Below are positions 43,782 to 53,979 of a stretch of 64,000 nucleotides of DNA, piece after piece. The notes beneath the pieces were generated by a model that searched no databases, was not told the DNA's origin, and saw only the letters and a list, made by a program, of their open reading frames with translations. The position numbers and the translations under genes were made by a program. The stretch is taken from assembly GCA_964019335.1 (NCBI GenBank), contig OZ025683.1, positions 310,001 to 374,000 of the forward strand. Reading direction: 5' to 3'. Position 1 is the first letter of the stretch. Each line of letters starts with the position of its first letter. This DNA comes from Diplonema japonicum. Its lineage: Eukaryota > Protista > Euglenozoa: Diplonemea.

Positions 43782-44250
43782 ATTTTTTTTTTTCTTTTTT
43801 TTTTTTCCCATATTTTTTTCGCCGGAAAAAAAAAAAAAAAAAAAAAAAAAGGAAATCAAGAGAGAGCCTCTCCCACCCTCGCTATATGGGACTGTGAAGG
43901 GCTTCAATGAAAAAAAAAAAAAAAAGTCCGGTTTTCGTCATGACCTACAAATAGATCAGCGCGCACAAAAAAAAAAAGGAAAAAAAAAAAAGAAAAAAAA
44001 GAAAATAATAAACGCTTTTTGGAATACTACGATTTTTCTATTTATTTCCATTTTTTTTTCTCCCTGTTAAACACACTTGTCCGCGGATAAGAAGAATAAA
44101 AAAAAAGAAGGAAACGATACCCTCCCCCCCCTTTTTTTAATTTCTTTTTTGGGTTGTATATCTGATCCCGCCCTATCCCCTTCATCAGGCAAATATATAT
44201 ATGTCCCTCTCGAAATAATTTGATTCTCAGGCAAGGGGGGGAAATAAATA

Positions 44251-44420
44251 CTGTAAAACGAAAAAATCCGGAATCTTTTTTTTAGCTGAGGGGCTTATTG
44301 GGGGAAACTACCGAAGTGGTCTGTTGTAGTTAAGGCCATCAGCGATCAGCAGGATGGATGAATACTTCCTGAAGGCATTTTTTTTTTTTTTTCCTCTCTC
44401 CGGAATTTTCGCTTTTACAG
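44251..44420. mobile_element. TA-flanked MITE (Tc1/mariner/pogo-type ends)
   Basis: TA|CTGTAAAACGAAAAAATCCGGA ... TCCGGAATTTTCGCTTTTACAG|TA. Confidence 0.75.
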
Positions 44421-45720
44421 TATTTTAAACATTTCCACTCTGTGACTCATGGTATGGGGTGTATAAAAAAAGGAAAAGAAAAGAGAAGATAGAAAAAAAA
44501 AAGGGGGGGAAAAAAAAAGAGAAGTAGCATGCACGCTGAACGCGGTAGCTACTGTTTTCTTTTTTTTCTCCCCCCCCTTTTTTTTTCCTCCTTATTCTTT
44601 TCCTTTTTCTAGCCTTTTTTTTTTCTTGAGAATCAGCTGCTAATGACTTACCCAGCTTTTTTTATAGGAATAAAGCAACAAAAAAAAAAGAGGGCGTGGA
44701 AAGTGCAGAAGGGTTCACTCCGGGCGAACCCACTTCCCTCCTCTGTAAGCGATTGCTTGGTCCTTATTTGTTTAATTTTTTTTTAAAGGTGCCTTTGGGA
44801 TGATAGCTCCTTCTGCGCTCACTTCTTTGCCCTCTTATTCGCTCTCTACCTAAGGCCTCTTACCCCCTACGAGAAATGGCTCTTTCCCTTTTTAATCCTT
44901 CGGTTCATTTTCCCTTCAAATCTCTTGGCACTTGCCCTGCTGGGGAAAGAGTTTTTAAAAAGAAAAAAAAAATAGGGAAAATAGAAAGAAGGGAAAAAAA
45001 AAAAAGAAAAGAAAATGAAAGGGAAAGGTAGCCACGTTCAAGCATACACAATAACTTCGAAAAGGAAAAAAAAAAAAAGGAAAAAAAAAGAAACTTTATC
45101 CTTTACACCAATCACCCTCACCCGCCCCCCTATCCACCCCCCCCCTATTTCTTTTTTTTTTCTTCTTGTTTTTATTTTTTCCTTCTCTCCTAAAAAATTC
45201 GAAAACGCTTGGCATTCAAGAAGAATGCCTAGTGTTTTTCTAACATATTAGTCTCCCCCTCATTTTTCTTTTACCCCCCCCATCCTATTTTCTTTTTATT
45301 ATCCCTGTCCCGTTGTCTTTGTTTGTTTGTCGTGCTTCTTTTTTTCGCCCCCTCCCCCCCGTTCATCTTTGTACCAACTTCGAAAAAAGAAATAAATCAG
45401 CCCAAAAAAAAAAGTGTCACTCTCCCCCCCCCCCCCCAACCTCAGCACCCCCCACTTTTGTTCTCTTTTCTTATTAGAATAGAGATCAAAAAAGTTGGAA
45501 ATTGGGTTTTGTGCAGAGGACCCCAGGAGAAGATATGGCCAACCTCTGGGAGCGCAAGCACTAGGAAGGTCAAGATCGATAATCTAACCAACGATCAGCC
45601 GTTTCTAGTAGACGTACAGCTTCTGAGGTCAAAGGTCTCTCCTTTTTGCACTTTTTTTTTTTTTTTTTCTTTCCTTTCATACACTCTCCTCTTTTTCATC
45701 CCTCTTTTTTTCCCCTGTTC

Positions 45721-45755
<35 letters not shown>

Positions 45756-45769
45756 GGGCCCACATCTAA

Positions 45770-48718
45770 ATGCTACCCGGCACGTCACCAGTCCAGGACC
45801 ATGTTGAGTATGACGAAAACGTGAGCCTCATCAGGCAAGGGATCATTGGAGAAGACAGCACGCTGCAAGGGTGCGGCGTGCCCCTTGCGACAAAAGGGAG
45901 GAAAATGCTGTACACGGACTTCACAGCCTCTGGGAGGTGTGTCGACCTCGTGGAAAGGTACATGCTTCAGGAGGTGATGCCCTACTACGGCAACACACAC
46001 ACCGTGTCCTCCGGTACCGCCCGCCAGACGACCAACTTCCGCAACGAGGCGAGATCCATCATCAAAAACTACTACAACTGTACATTTGAAAACGCTCTCA
46101 TCTTCACCGGGAACGGGGCCACAGGAGCAACGTCTGTCTTCGTGAAACTCCTTCAGCGTACAAAGGGCTTCACAAGCCCACCCAAAGTCCGGGAAGAGGA
46201 CCGATGGGGGTCTGTACTCTGCACTGTGTGCGGGACAACATTTGAAAACGACACACTTTACCGAGCCCACGCCGCCACCGAGGCCCACATCGATGCCGTG
46301 AAGCAGCGTAAAGTGGCACAGCACACTTCCGGTGAATACAAGGGCTGCATGCTCCTCCTTGACCCAATGTCCCACCACACTTCGATCCTCCCCTACAGGG
46401 AGCTCGTTAAGGAGAACCCGACCTTCTTCCAACTCACAAACCTTACCCTCGACGAGTCCAAGGGGCACCTCTCTGTGGAGAACCTCACCACTGTCCTCGA
46501 AAGGTGTCAGAAGGAAAGTCTCCGCCCTGTGGCCATCTTGTCGGCTGCCTCGAACGTCACAGGTATCGCCATCAACGCTGCACACGTTAACACCATCGTT
46601 CATGCGCACGGCGGGGTGGCACTGTGGGACCTTGCCGCTGTTGCAGGACACATGCGAGTCAACCTGAACCCTCCACCTTCCGACGGCAAGGACCCCTCCT
46701 TCGACTTCGCGATCGTGTCTCCTCACAAGCTCCTCGGGGGCCCTGGCACCACGGGGCTTCTCTTCGCGAAGAAGATCCTCCTCTCCAACGAAACACCATG
46801 TTACGCAGGCGGGGGCATTGTGCAGTACGTGTCGCCCAACACACACACGTACATCGAGAACCTGGAGGAGAGGGAGGAGGCGGGGACACCGAACATTCTG
46901 GGGTGCATCAAGGCAGGGCTTGTGTACAGGATGCACTCCATGCTGGACCCGGTGAAGCTGCACGCAAGCGAGACTGCAATGCTGAAGTCAGTGACGGCGA
47001 GAATCAGGGAACACAAGAATGTGAAGATTTTGGGGGACCACTGCGACTCGGAGCGGGTGGGGATCCTGTCGTTCAACATCGTGTACGGGGGCGGGCTGTA
47101 TCTGCACTACAACTTTGTGACAGTGCTGCTGAACGATCTGTTCGGGATACAGGTGAGGGGTGGGTGTGCCTGTGCTGGACCCTATGCACAGTGGCTACTC
47201 GGGATGAGCGACGAAGCAATTTATGGCTACGAGAAGGCATTGAAGACCACGGGAGTGGAGGTTCTGCGTCCCGGGTTCGTGCGCACCGGCGTGCACTTCA
47301 CAATGACCAGTGAAGACATTGAGGCCATGACACAGGCGATCCTGTGGGTGGCGGACCATGGGTGGAAGCTCCTTGGCGCATACGTGTTCCACAGAGACAA
47401 CGGGGAGTGGGAGTACAAGAACCATGATTTTGACACGGAACGCAAATGGATCTCATCCTTGACACCCGCGTCCATGCGGGACCCCTTTTTTGTTTCAAAA
47501 CCCGAAAAACCGGTGAAGCTGACGATAGCGGAGCTCATCGCAGAAGCGGACAAGCTCCTGGAGGAGGTGTACACCCCGAACCACATCACCTTGAACACCA
47601 TTGTGGAGAAGGAGATCCCGAAGGAACTACACGAATGGATCTTTTTTGCCACACAAAAAGATTTCTTGAACTCAGTGAAGCAGGCGCTCGGCGACGTCAA
47701 CAGCGTGAGGTCGTGGGAAGGCGTTGTACCGGCTACAGACAGGAAACCCTCGTGTTGGAACGTGAGGCAATCCGCTCCTAAAGAAAGCGGCTACGTGGGG
47801 GACAAGAGAGCCATCCCAACCCATACGGGATCTGTGCCCACTGGGAAGAAGCAAAAGAAGAACCACATCTTGCATGGCGTGCACATACCAAAGTCGATCC
47901 GCGGTCCTGTAGGCGAAGCCATCAAGACATATAACATGATCAACGAAGGGGATAACATACTAGTCGGGCTCTCCGGAGGGAAGGACTCAATGGTATTGCT
48001 GCACGTTCTACTTGCGATACAAAAGGTCAGCCCTGTTAAATTCAAGGTGGGTGCCGCCACTGTCAACCCAATGACGCCAGAGTACGACCCGACACCGTTG
48101 GTAAAGTACGTAACGGGCTTGGGAGTGGAGTATGCCATGCTGTCGCAGCCGTTGATAGACCTTGCGAAAGAGAAGATGGGCGAGAAACGTCCAAGCATAT
48201 GCAGTTTCTGCAGCAGAATGAAAAGAGGAATGTTGTACTCCCACATGCGTAAGGAAGGGTACAACGTGCTCGCTTTGGGGCAGCACAGCGATGACTTGGT
48301 GGAGTCATTTGTGATGTCGCTTTTCCACAACGGGATGCTAACCACAATGAAGGCAAACTACACAATACAGCAAGGGGACGTCAGGGTGATTCGGCCGTTG
48401 GTGCTTGTTCGAGAGAGGATGACTGCACAGATAGCAAAAGAGAACAACCTGCCTCTCATCCAAGACAACTGCCCTGCTTGCTTTGCAGCTCCAAAGGAAC
48501 GTCACAGGATCAAAGTGTTGTTGTCTGGCCAAGAAGCTGAGTTCCCCAGCCTCTTCCCTACAATCATGAAGGCTATCAAGCCGCTCATCGCGATCTCGGA
48601 GACCGATAGGGGCGGACCTCAGGGCATCGCGAGCAAGTCTCAAGAGGACGACGAAGTCCTTGACCAAAAGGCTGAGGAATCTCTTTTACCGTGCACTTCC
48701 TCGAGCTGTCCTGTGTAG
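45770..48718 (+). CDS. Fusion: PLP class-V cysteine desulfurase-like domain (with inserted C2H2 finger) + TtcA-type tRNA 2-thiocytidine synthetase
   Basis: YTDFTASG, SPHKLLGGPG (PLP Lys), EAGTPN, GIQVRGGCAC; then SGGKDS PP-loop, CSFCSRMKRG, GQHSDD, IRPL, CPAC. Confidence 0.9.
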   Translation: MLPGTSPVQDHVEYDENVSLIRQGIIGEDSTLQGCGVPLATKGRKMLYTDFTASGRCVDLVERYMLQEVMPYYGNTHTVSSGTARQTTNFRNEARSIIKNYYNCTFENALIFTGNGATGATSVFVKLLQRTKGFTSPPKVREEDRWGSVLCTVCGTTFENDTLYRAHAATEAHIDAVKQRKVAQHTSGEYKGCMLLLDPMSHHTSILPYRELVKENPTFFQLTNLTLDESKGHLSVENLTTVLERCQKESLRPVAILSAASNVTGIAINAAHVNTIVHAHGGVALWDLAAVAGHMRVNLNPPPSDGKDPSFDFAIVSPHKLLGGPGTTGLLFAKKILLSNETPCYAGGGIVQYVSPNTHTYIENLEEREEAGTPNILGCIKAGLVYRMHSMLDPVKLHASETAMLKSVTARIREHKNVKILGDHCDSERVGILSFNIVYGGGLYLHYNFVTVLLNDLFGIQVRGGCACAGPYAQWLLGMSDEAIYGYEKALKTTGVEVLRPGFVRTGVHFTMTSEDIEAMTQAILWVADHGWKLLGAYVFHRDNGEWEYKNHDFDTERKWISSLTPASMRDPFFVSKPEKPVKLTIAELIAEADKLLEEVYTPNHITLNTIVEKEIPKELHEWIFFATQKDFLNSVKQALGDVNSVRSWEGVVPATDRKPSCWNVRQSAPKESGYVGDKRAIPTHTGSVPTGKKQKKNHILHGVHIPKSIRGPVGEAIKTYNMINEGDNILVGLSGGKDSMVLLHVLLAIQKVSPVKFKVGAATVNPMTPEYDPTPLVKYVTGLGVEYAMLSQPLIDLAKEKMGEKRPSICSFCSRMKRGMLYSHMRKEGYNVLALGQHSDDLVESFVMSLFHNGMLTTMKANYTIQQGDVRVIRPLVLVRERMTAQIAKENNLPLIQDNCPACFAAPKERHRIKVLLSGQEAEFPSLFPTIMKAIKPLIAISETDRGGPQGIASKSQEDDEVLDQKAEESLLPCTSSSCPV

Positions 48719-49030
48719 GTCTGCTGAATGTCGTCGAAAAGATGGAGGGGAAGTAAATCAGTTCGGTTTTTTTTTTTCTTTTTTTTTTTTTTCTCTTCTT
48801 ATCTTTTTATTAAAGTGTGTCACAATGAATGTCACCTTCGAAAGTTCCCCCCTCCCCTCCCCTCGTCTGCCCCTTGCTGCTTGTGACACAAGCACCTGGC
48901 ACCCCTGTGCTTGGTGCCTCTAACAAACAAAAAGCAATTCTGGTGGCGGTAGTTTCCTTTTCCCCCATTTCCCCCCAACAATCTATCATCACAGGTTTTC
49001 TTGAAAACTTACAAAAAAAAGAGAAGGAAA

Positions 49031-51079
49031 ATGGGTCAGACTTGCTCGTCGCAACCGAAGCAGCGTTCACCTGCCGTCAGACACAAGGACCTTGAATCTG
49101 CCTTTGCAAAAAACAAAACTGGCAACAAGAAGCGCAGTGCCCACGAGGAAATGGTGAAGCTCATCAGAGAGGGGACTGTGGGAGAAGACAGCACACTGCA
49201 AGGGTGCGGCGTGCCCCTTGCGACAAAAGGGAGGAAAATGTTGTACACGGACTTCACAGCCTCTGGGAGGTGTGTCGACCTCGTGGAAAGGTACATGCTT
49301 CAGGAGGTGATGCCCTACTATGCAAACACACACACCGTGTCCTCTGGAACAGGCCGCCAGACGACCTACTTCCGCAACGAGGCGAGATCCATCATCAAGG
49401 ACTACCACAACTGCACCGCTGACGACGCTCTCATCTTCACCGGGAACGGGGCCACGGGGGCTACGCAAGTTTTTTTCAAACTCCTTCAGCGCACAAGAGG
49501 CTTCACGAACCCCCCCCGTGTCAGGGAGGACCACGACGACTCTGTCGTGTGCACTGTGTGCAAGGCGACCTTTTCGAACGACCAAGGCTACCGTGTGCAC
49601 GCTGCGACCGAGGCCCACATCGATGCTGTGAAGAAGAGGGACGAGGGGTACGTCACGGGCTACAAGGGCTGCATGCTCCTCCTTGACCCAATGTCCCACC
49701 ACACTTCGATCCTCCCCTACAGGGAGCTCGTTAAGGAGAACCCGACCTTCTTCCAACTCACAAACCTTACCCTCGACGAGTCCAAGGGGCACCTCTCTGT
49801 GGAGAACCTCACCACTGTCCTCGAAAGGTGTCAGAAGGAAAGTCTCCGCCCTGTGGCCATCTTGTCGGCTGCCTCGAACGTCACAGGTATCGCCATCAAC
49901 GCTGCACACGTTAACACCATCGTTCATGCGCACGGCGGGGTGGCACTGTGGGACCTTGCCGCTGTTGCAGGACACATGAGAATGGACCTCAACCCACCTT
50001 CCACCGACGGCAAGGACCCCTCCTTCGACTTCGCGATCGTGTCTCCTCACAAGCTCCTCGGGGGCCCTGGCACCACGGGGCTTCTCTTCGCGAAGAAGAA
50101 ACACCTCACAAGCAACGCACCATGCCTCCCCGGCGGCGGAGTGGTGCAGTACGTGTCGCCCAACACACACACGTACATCGAGAACCTAGAAGAGAGGGAG
50201 GAGGCGGGGACACCGAACATTCTGGGGTGCATCAAGGCAGGGCTTGTGTACAAAATGCACTCCATGCTCGATCCGGTGAAGCTGCGCGAGACAGAGACTG
50301 CAATGCTGAACACATTGATGAAGAGGCTGAGGGGCCACAAGAACATCGAGATCTTGGGTGGCCGCTGCGACTCGGAGCGGGTGGGGATCCTGTCGTTCAA
50401 CATCGTGTACGGGGGTGGGCTGTATCTGCACCACAACTTTGTGACAGTGCTGCTGAACGATCTGTTCGGGATACAGGTGAGGGGTGGGTGTGCCTGTGCT
50501 GGACCCTATGCACAGTGGCTGCAAGGGATGGACGACAGGGCTATCTACGGATATGAGGACGTTCTAAAAAACACAGGGGTGGAGATTCTACGCCCCGGGT
50601 TCGTGCGCACCGGCGTGCACTTCACAATGACCAGTGAGGAGATCGAAACCATCGCCAAGGCTATCTTGTGGGTGGCGGACCACGGGTGGAAGCTCCTTGG
50701 TGCCTACACTAGCAACGAGCATGGCGAGTGGGAGTACGTCAACAGCGAATTTTCTAAAGAAAGGAAGTGGATTTCGTCCCTCACCCCTGCATCGATAGGT
50801 GCAAACTCAAAACCCGAAAAACCGGTGAAGCTGACGATAGCGGAGCTCATCGCAGAAGCGGACAAGCTCCTGGAGGAGGTGTACACCCCGAACCACATCA
50901 CCCTGAACACCATTGTGGAGAAGGAGATCCCGAAGGAACTACACGAATGGATCTTTTTTGCCACACAAAAAGATTTCTTGAACTCAGTGAAGCAGGCGCT
51001 CGGCGACGTCAACAGCGTGAGGTCGTGGGAAGGCACCGCACCTGTGACCTGCAGGAGTGCTTGCTTTAAGACACGTTGA
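49031..51079 (+). CDS. Paralogous cysteine desulfurase-like protein lacking TtcA, with an N-terminal MGQTC acylation motif
   Basis: Tandem duplicate of about 45815-47722 with all desulfurase motifs and the C2H2 finger intact; different N- and C-termini. Confidence 0.88.
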   Translation: MGQTCSSQPKQRSPAVRHKDLESAFAKNKTGNKKRSAHEEMVKLIREGTVGEDSTLQGCGVPLATKGRKMLYTDFTASGRCVDLVERYMLQEVMPYYANTHTVSSGTGRQTTYFRNEARSIIKDYHNCTADDALIFTGNGATGATQVFFKLLQRTRGFTNPPRVREDHDDSVVCTVCKATFSNDQGYRVHAATEAHIDAVKKRDEGYVTGYKGCMLLLDPMSHHTSILPYRELVKENPTFFQLTNLTLDESKGHLSVENLTTVLERCQKESLRPVAILSAASNVTGIAINAAHVNTIVHAHGGVALWDLAAVAGHMRMDLNPPSTDGKDPSFDFAIVSPHKLLGGPGTTGLLFAKKKHLTSNAPCLPGGGVVQYVSPNTHTYIENLEEREEAGTPNILGCIKAGLVYKMHSMLDPVKLRETETAMLNTLMKRLRGHKNIEILGGRCDSERVGILSFNIVYGGGLYLHHNFVTVLLNDLFGIQVRGGCACAGPYAQWLQGMDDRAIYGYEDVLKNTGVEILRPGFVRTGVHFTMTSEEIETIAKAILWVADHGWKLLGAYTSNEHGEWEYVNSEFSKERKWISSLTPASIGANSKPEKPVKLTIAELIAEADKLLEEVYTPNHITLNTIVEKEIPKELHEWIFFATQKDFLNSVKQALGDVNSVRSWEGTAPVTCRSACFKTR

Positions 51080-51862
51080 TTCCTTTTATTTCTTCCCCCC
51101 TTTTTTTTTCTTCTCTTCTAGATCCGTTCCCCCCTCTTTGTTTAGTTCCTCTAGTTACTATATTGATGGGTTGATGCCAACGATTCCCCCATCATTTTTC
51201 TTTTTCTTTCCCAGCTTGGTCTTCCTCCCTTTTTTTTTTTACCTGATCCACGGAGTGCCATCAGACGGCAACGAGAGTTTTGAGGTAGTGACTGGCCAGG
51301 TGCTGCCCTACCTCTTTTACTCACCCACAAAAGGATTGGTTTTTTTTTTCTCTTTTTTTTTTTTTGCATGATTTTTTCGTATTATTATTATCGTCAGAAA
51401 CTCTTCTAAACGAGCCTGGCCGCAACCCCCGTCCCTTCAGACCTAAAATTTTTGGAAATTATTTTTAAAATTTCTCCGGTCACCTCCCTCTTTCCCCCCA
51501 TTTTTTTTCCATTATTATGACGAGAAAAAAAAAAAAAAAAAAAAAAAAAAAGCTCTCTTTCATCGAACATCCAGTTGCATGCTGATATTTCCCCCTCAGT
51601 CATGTCAGGGTCCGCACCGGTGTGACGGAGTGACTTTCTTCCCAAAGTACCGTCGCTCAGGGCTAGTGGACTTTTTTTTTCAAAGCAGGGGGAAGCATGT
51701 GCGCATGTAATTTGATGGACGATAAAAGAAAAAAGAAAAAAAAAAAAAAAAGAAATCAGTAGAAAAACACTCGTTGTGGCCTGTATATTGCAAAGGTGAT
51801 TCTGCCTTTGCAGCCACCAATGAAGAAGAAACAAGAAAAAAAAAAGAACTTTAGAGAATACC

Positions 51863-51901
<39 letters not shown>

Positions 51902-52367
51902 GGGGGACATGAGATTCAATCCATAACTCTCTTGCCACCCACCCTAGCAACTATTAACAAAACTACTCTCTTCTCCCTGTTTTACATATCGACCCTCTGA
52001 CACATGGGGAAGAAGGCAAAAAAAAAAAAAAAGAATTTGAAGGCGTAAATATAATTTTACACTCCGAAGGTTTTTTTTGTTTTGTTTTTTTTTCGCCTCT
52101 TTCCCCCCCCCCCTTTTTTTGTTGCGGAACGGGGTTACTTTTAATGAAGTAACTTTTGAGACCCTTTCAAATTGAAATTATTGGTCACTTGAAGAAATGA
52201 AAGGGGGGCTCTATGTTTGCCAAATGACCTTTTATTTTTCTCCGGTAATTTTCAAAAAAAAAAAAAAAAAAAAGAGAGAAAGAAAACACGATTCTCCGAT
52301 AAAGTGATTCAAAAAATCTCTTTTTATTTTATTTTAAACCCCAGTCCGTGTCAGGTGGTGTTCGGGA

Positions 52368-52403
<36 letters not shown>

Positions 52404-52492
52404 AATTCTGTAAAGTTACATGAGGAAATTTATAAAGAGCCATAAAAATCAGAAATCACTTTTCCGTTCACGAGTAAATGTAAAGTGAAGAA

Positions 52493-52552
52493 TAATAGCT
52501 ATTTACTGCCAACAAGTAATGACTTTACCGTTACCTCGAGGTTCCGCATTTT
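52493..52552 (+). mobile_element. Crypton-like left-end relic
   Basis: TAATAGCTATTTACTGCCAACAAGTAATGAC...CTCGAGGTTCCG resembles 24101-24160. Confidence 0.55.
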
Positions 52553-52686
52553 ACCATACAAAACCTACAGAATTCTGTCAATTTGACATCGCCTTCTCAA
52601 GCATCAGGCTTAGTTTTTGACATCAGTGAACATTTCGCAGAAGTGAACATAAAGGGTTCACAGTGTCTGAAATTTCCTCATTTAAC

Positions 52687-52847
52687 TTTACAAAAATTAA
52701 AATCAGCCAGATTTTTACTCGGAATTTTTTTGTTCACTCGTTTTTTTTTTCCACTCGTTTTTTCGCTCGTGAAATTCAACTACTCGTGAAAAAAAAAATT
52801 CCTCGTAAAAATCAGGTAATCTGATTTTTATTTAGTAAATAGTCATT
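52687..52847 (-). mobile_element. Crypton-like terminal hairpin relic
   Basis: Inverted arms GATTTTTACTCGGAATTTTTTTGTTCAC / GTGAAAAAAAAAATTCCTCGTAAAAATC; minus-strand end AAATGACTATTTACT. Confidence 0.55.
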
Positions 52848-53603
52848 TTTTTTTTTTTTATTTCCTTACACGGATCCCTCTAAGGAATCTGTGCTAGTTG
52901 AGAGCGGTTTTATTCCCCCTCCCCTCCCCTGCCTCCCTCCTCTTTTTAAACACTGTAAAACCAAAAAAAAAAATAAAAGATCAATCACCATGAAAGATAA
53001 TTCCGCAAAAGAAAAAAAAAAGAAAGAATCTTTTTTTTTTTCTTTTTTTTTGCAAATCACTATTTTCGGGTGAATTATTTTTCTTGGTTTACCGTGTGCT
53101 GTACTTTAAATATTGTAAAAAAAAAAAAAAAAAATGACCTTCGATGTACCAACAAATTCCAGAAAAAAAAAAAAAAAAAAAAAGGGCTGCTGGAAAAGAA
53201 AAAAGAAAAGCCCCGCTATTTGTAAAAAGAAACCAGTACTACTAAAGTAACAACATTTTTTTTTTTGTTTTTTTTGCGTAAAAAGAAAAAAAGAACAAAA
53301 GAATCCAACTCTTAATTATTCCGAGGAGAAAAAAAAAGGGGGGACTTACAGGGAACCCCCCCACTTTATTTTTTTTCCTCCTCGTGGCAATTTTTTATGC
53401 CTAAAGGTAAAAAGAAACCGCCCCTCCCCCCAAAAAAAAGAAGTTAAGAGCTTTACCAGTCAATGCGAACAGGCCTAACTTCAACACATATGCACTAATA
53501 ATAAAATTTAAAAAAAAAGAAAAAGTAGTTTTTTTTTTATTTTATTTTTATTTTTGTGCCGCCTTTAGTTAAAACTCCCCTTCCCCGTCCTTTGCTTCCC
53601 CGC

Positions 53604-53640
53604 CGCCGCCTACGCCGGCCTCCTTTAACTCTTATATATA
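53604..53640 (+). repeat. 3'-terminal fragment of the SINE-like repeat
   Basis: CGCCGCCTACGCCGGCCTCCTTTAACTCTTATATA vs CGCCGCCAACACCGGCCTCCTTTAACTCATATATA at 55716. Confidence 0.65.
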
Positions 53641-53979
53641 TTTCCCCCCCTCCCCCTTTTTTTCTTGTCTCTTTTTCTCTGTGGGGGAAAAAAAAGTACA
53701 AACTCCTTCCCCTCCCGACATGAATAAAAATCAGATCCAAAAAAAAAGGTTAACGTCAAGTCACAAGAGGAAAACACGGGGGGGAAAAAAAAAGAAGAAA
53801 AAAAAGAGTCCGGAGCAAGCGGGATTTTTTTTTTTTTTTTAATATCTTCCCCTCCCCCCCCCGTCTCCCCTCCCTAGCTTTAAGTCCACCTCTTCATTTT
53901 TTTTTTTTTTTTTATTTCAAAAAATCTTTCAGAAAAAAAAATTTTTTTCTTCAGGAAAAAAAAAAAAAAAAAAAAAAAA

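Noticed and set aside
45500-45640. Complex-sequence island containing AACCAACGAT, like the start of a diplonemid spliced leader
   Set aside because: The rest of the SL exon (CAGTTTCTGTACT...TTG/GT) is absent; no supported ORF or RNA.
51270-51325. Hairpin GAGGTAG...CTACCTC downstream of the desulfurase paralog (SECIS or H/ACA?)
   Set aside because: No AUGA/GA quartet or AGA box in position, and no in-frame UGA to recode.
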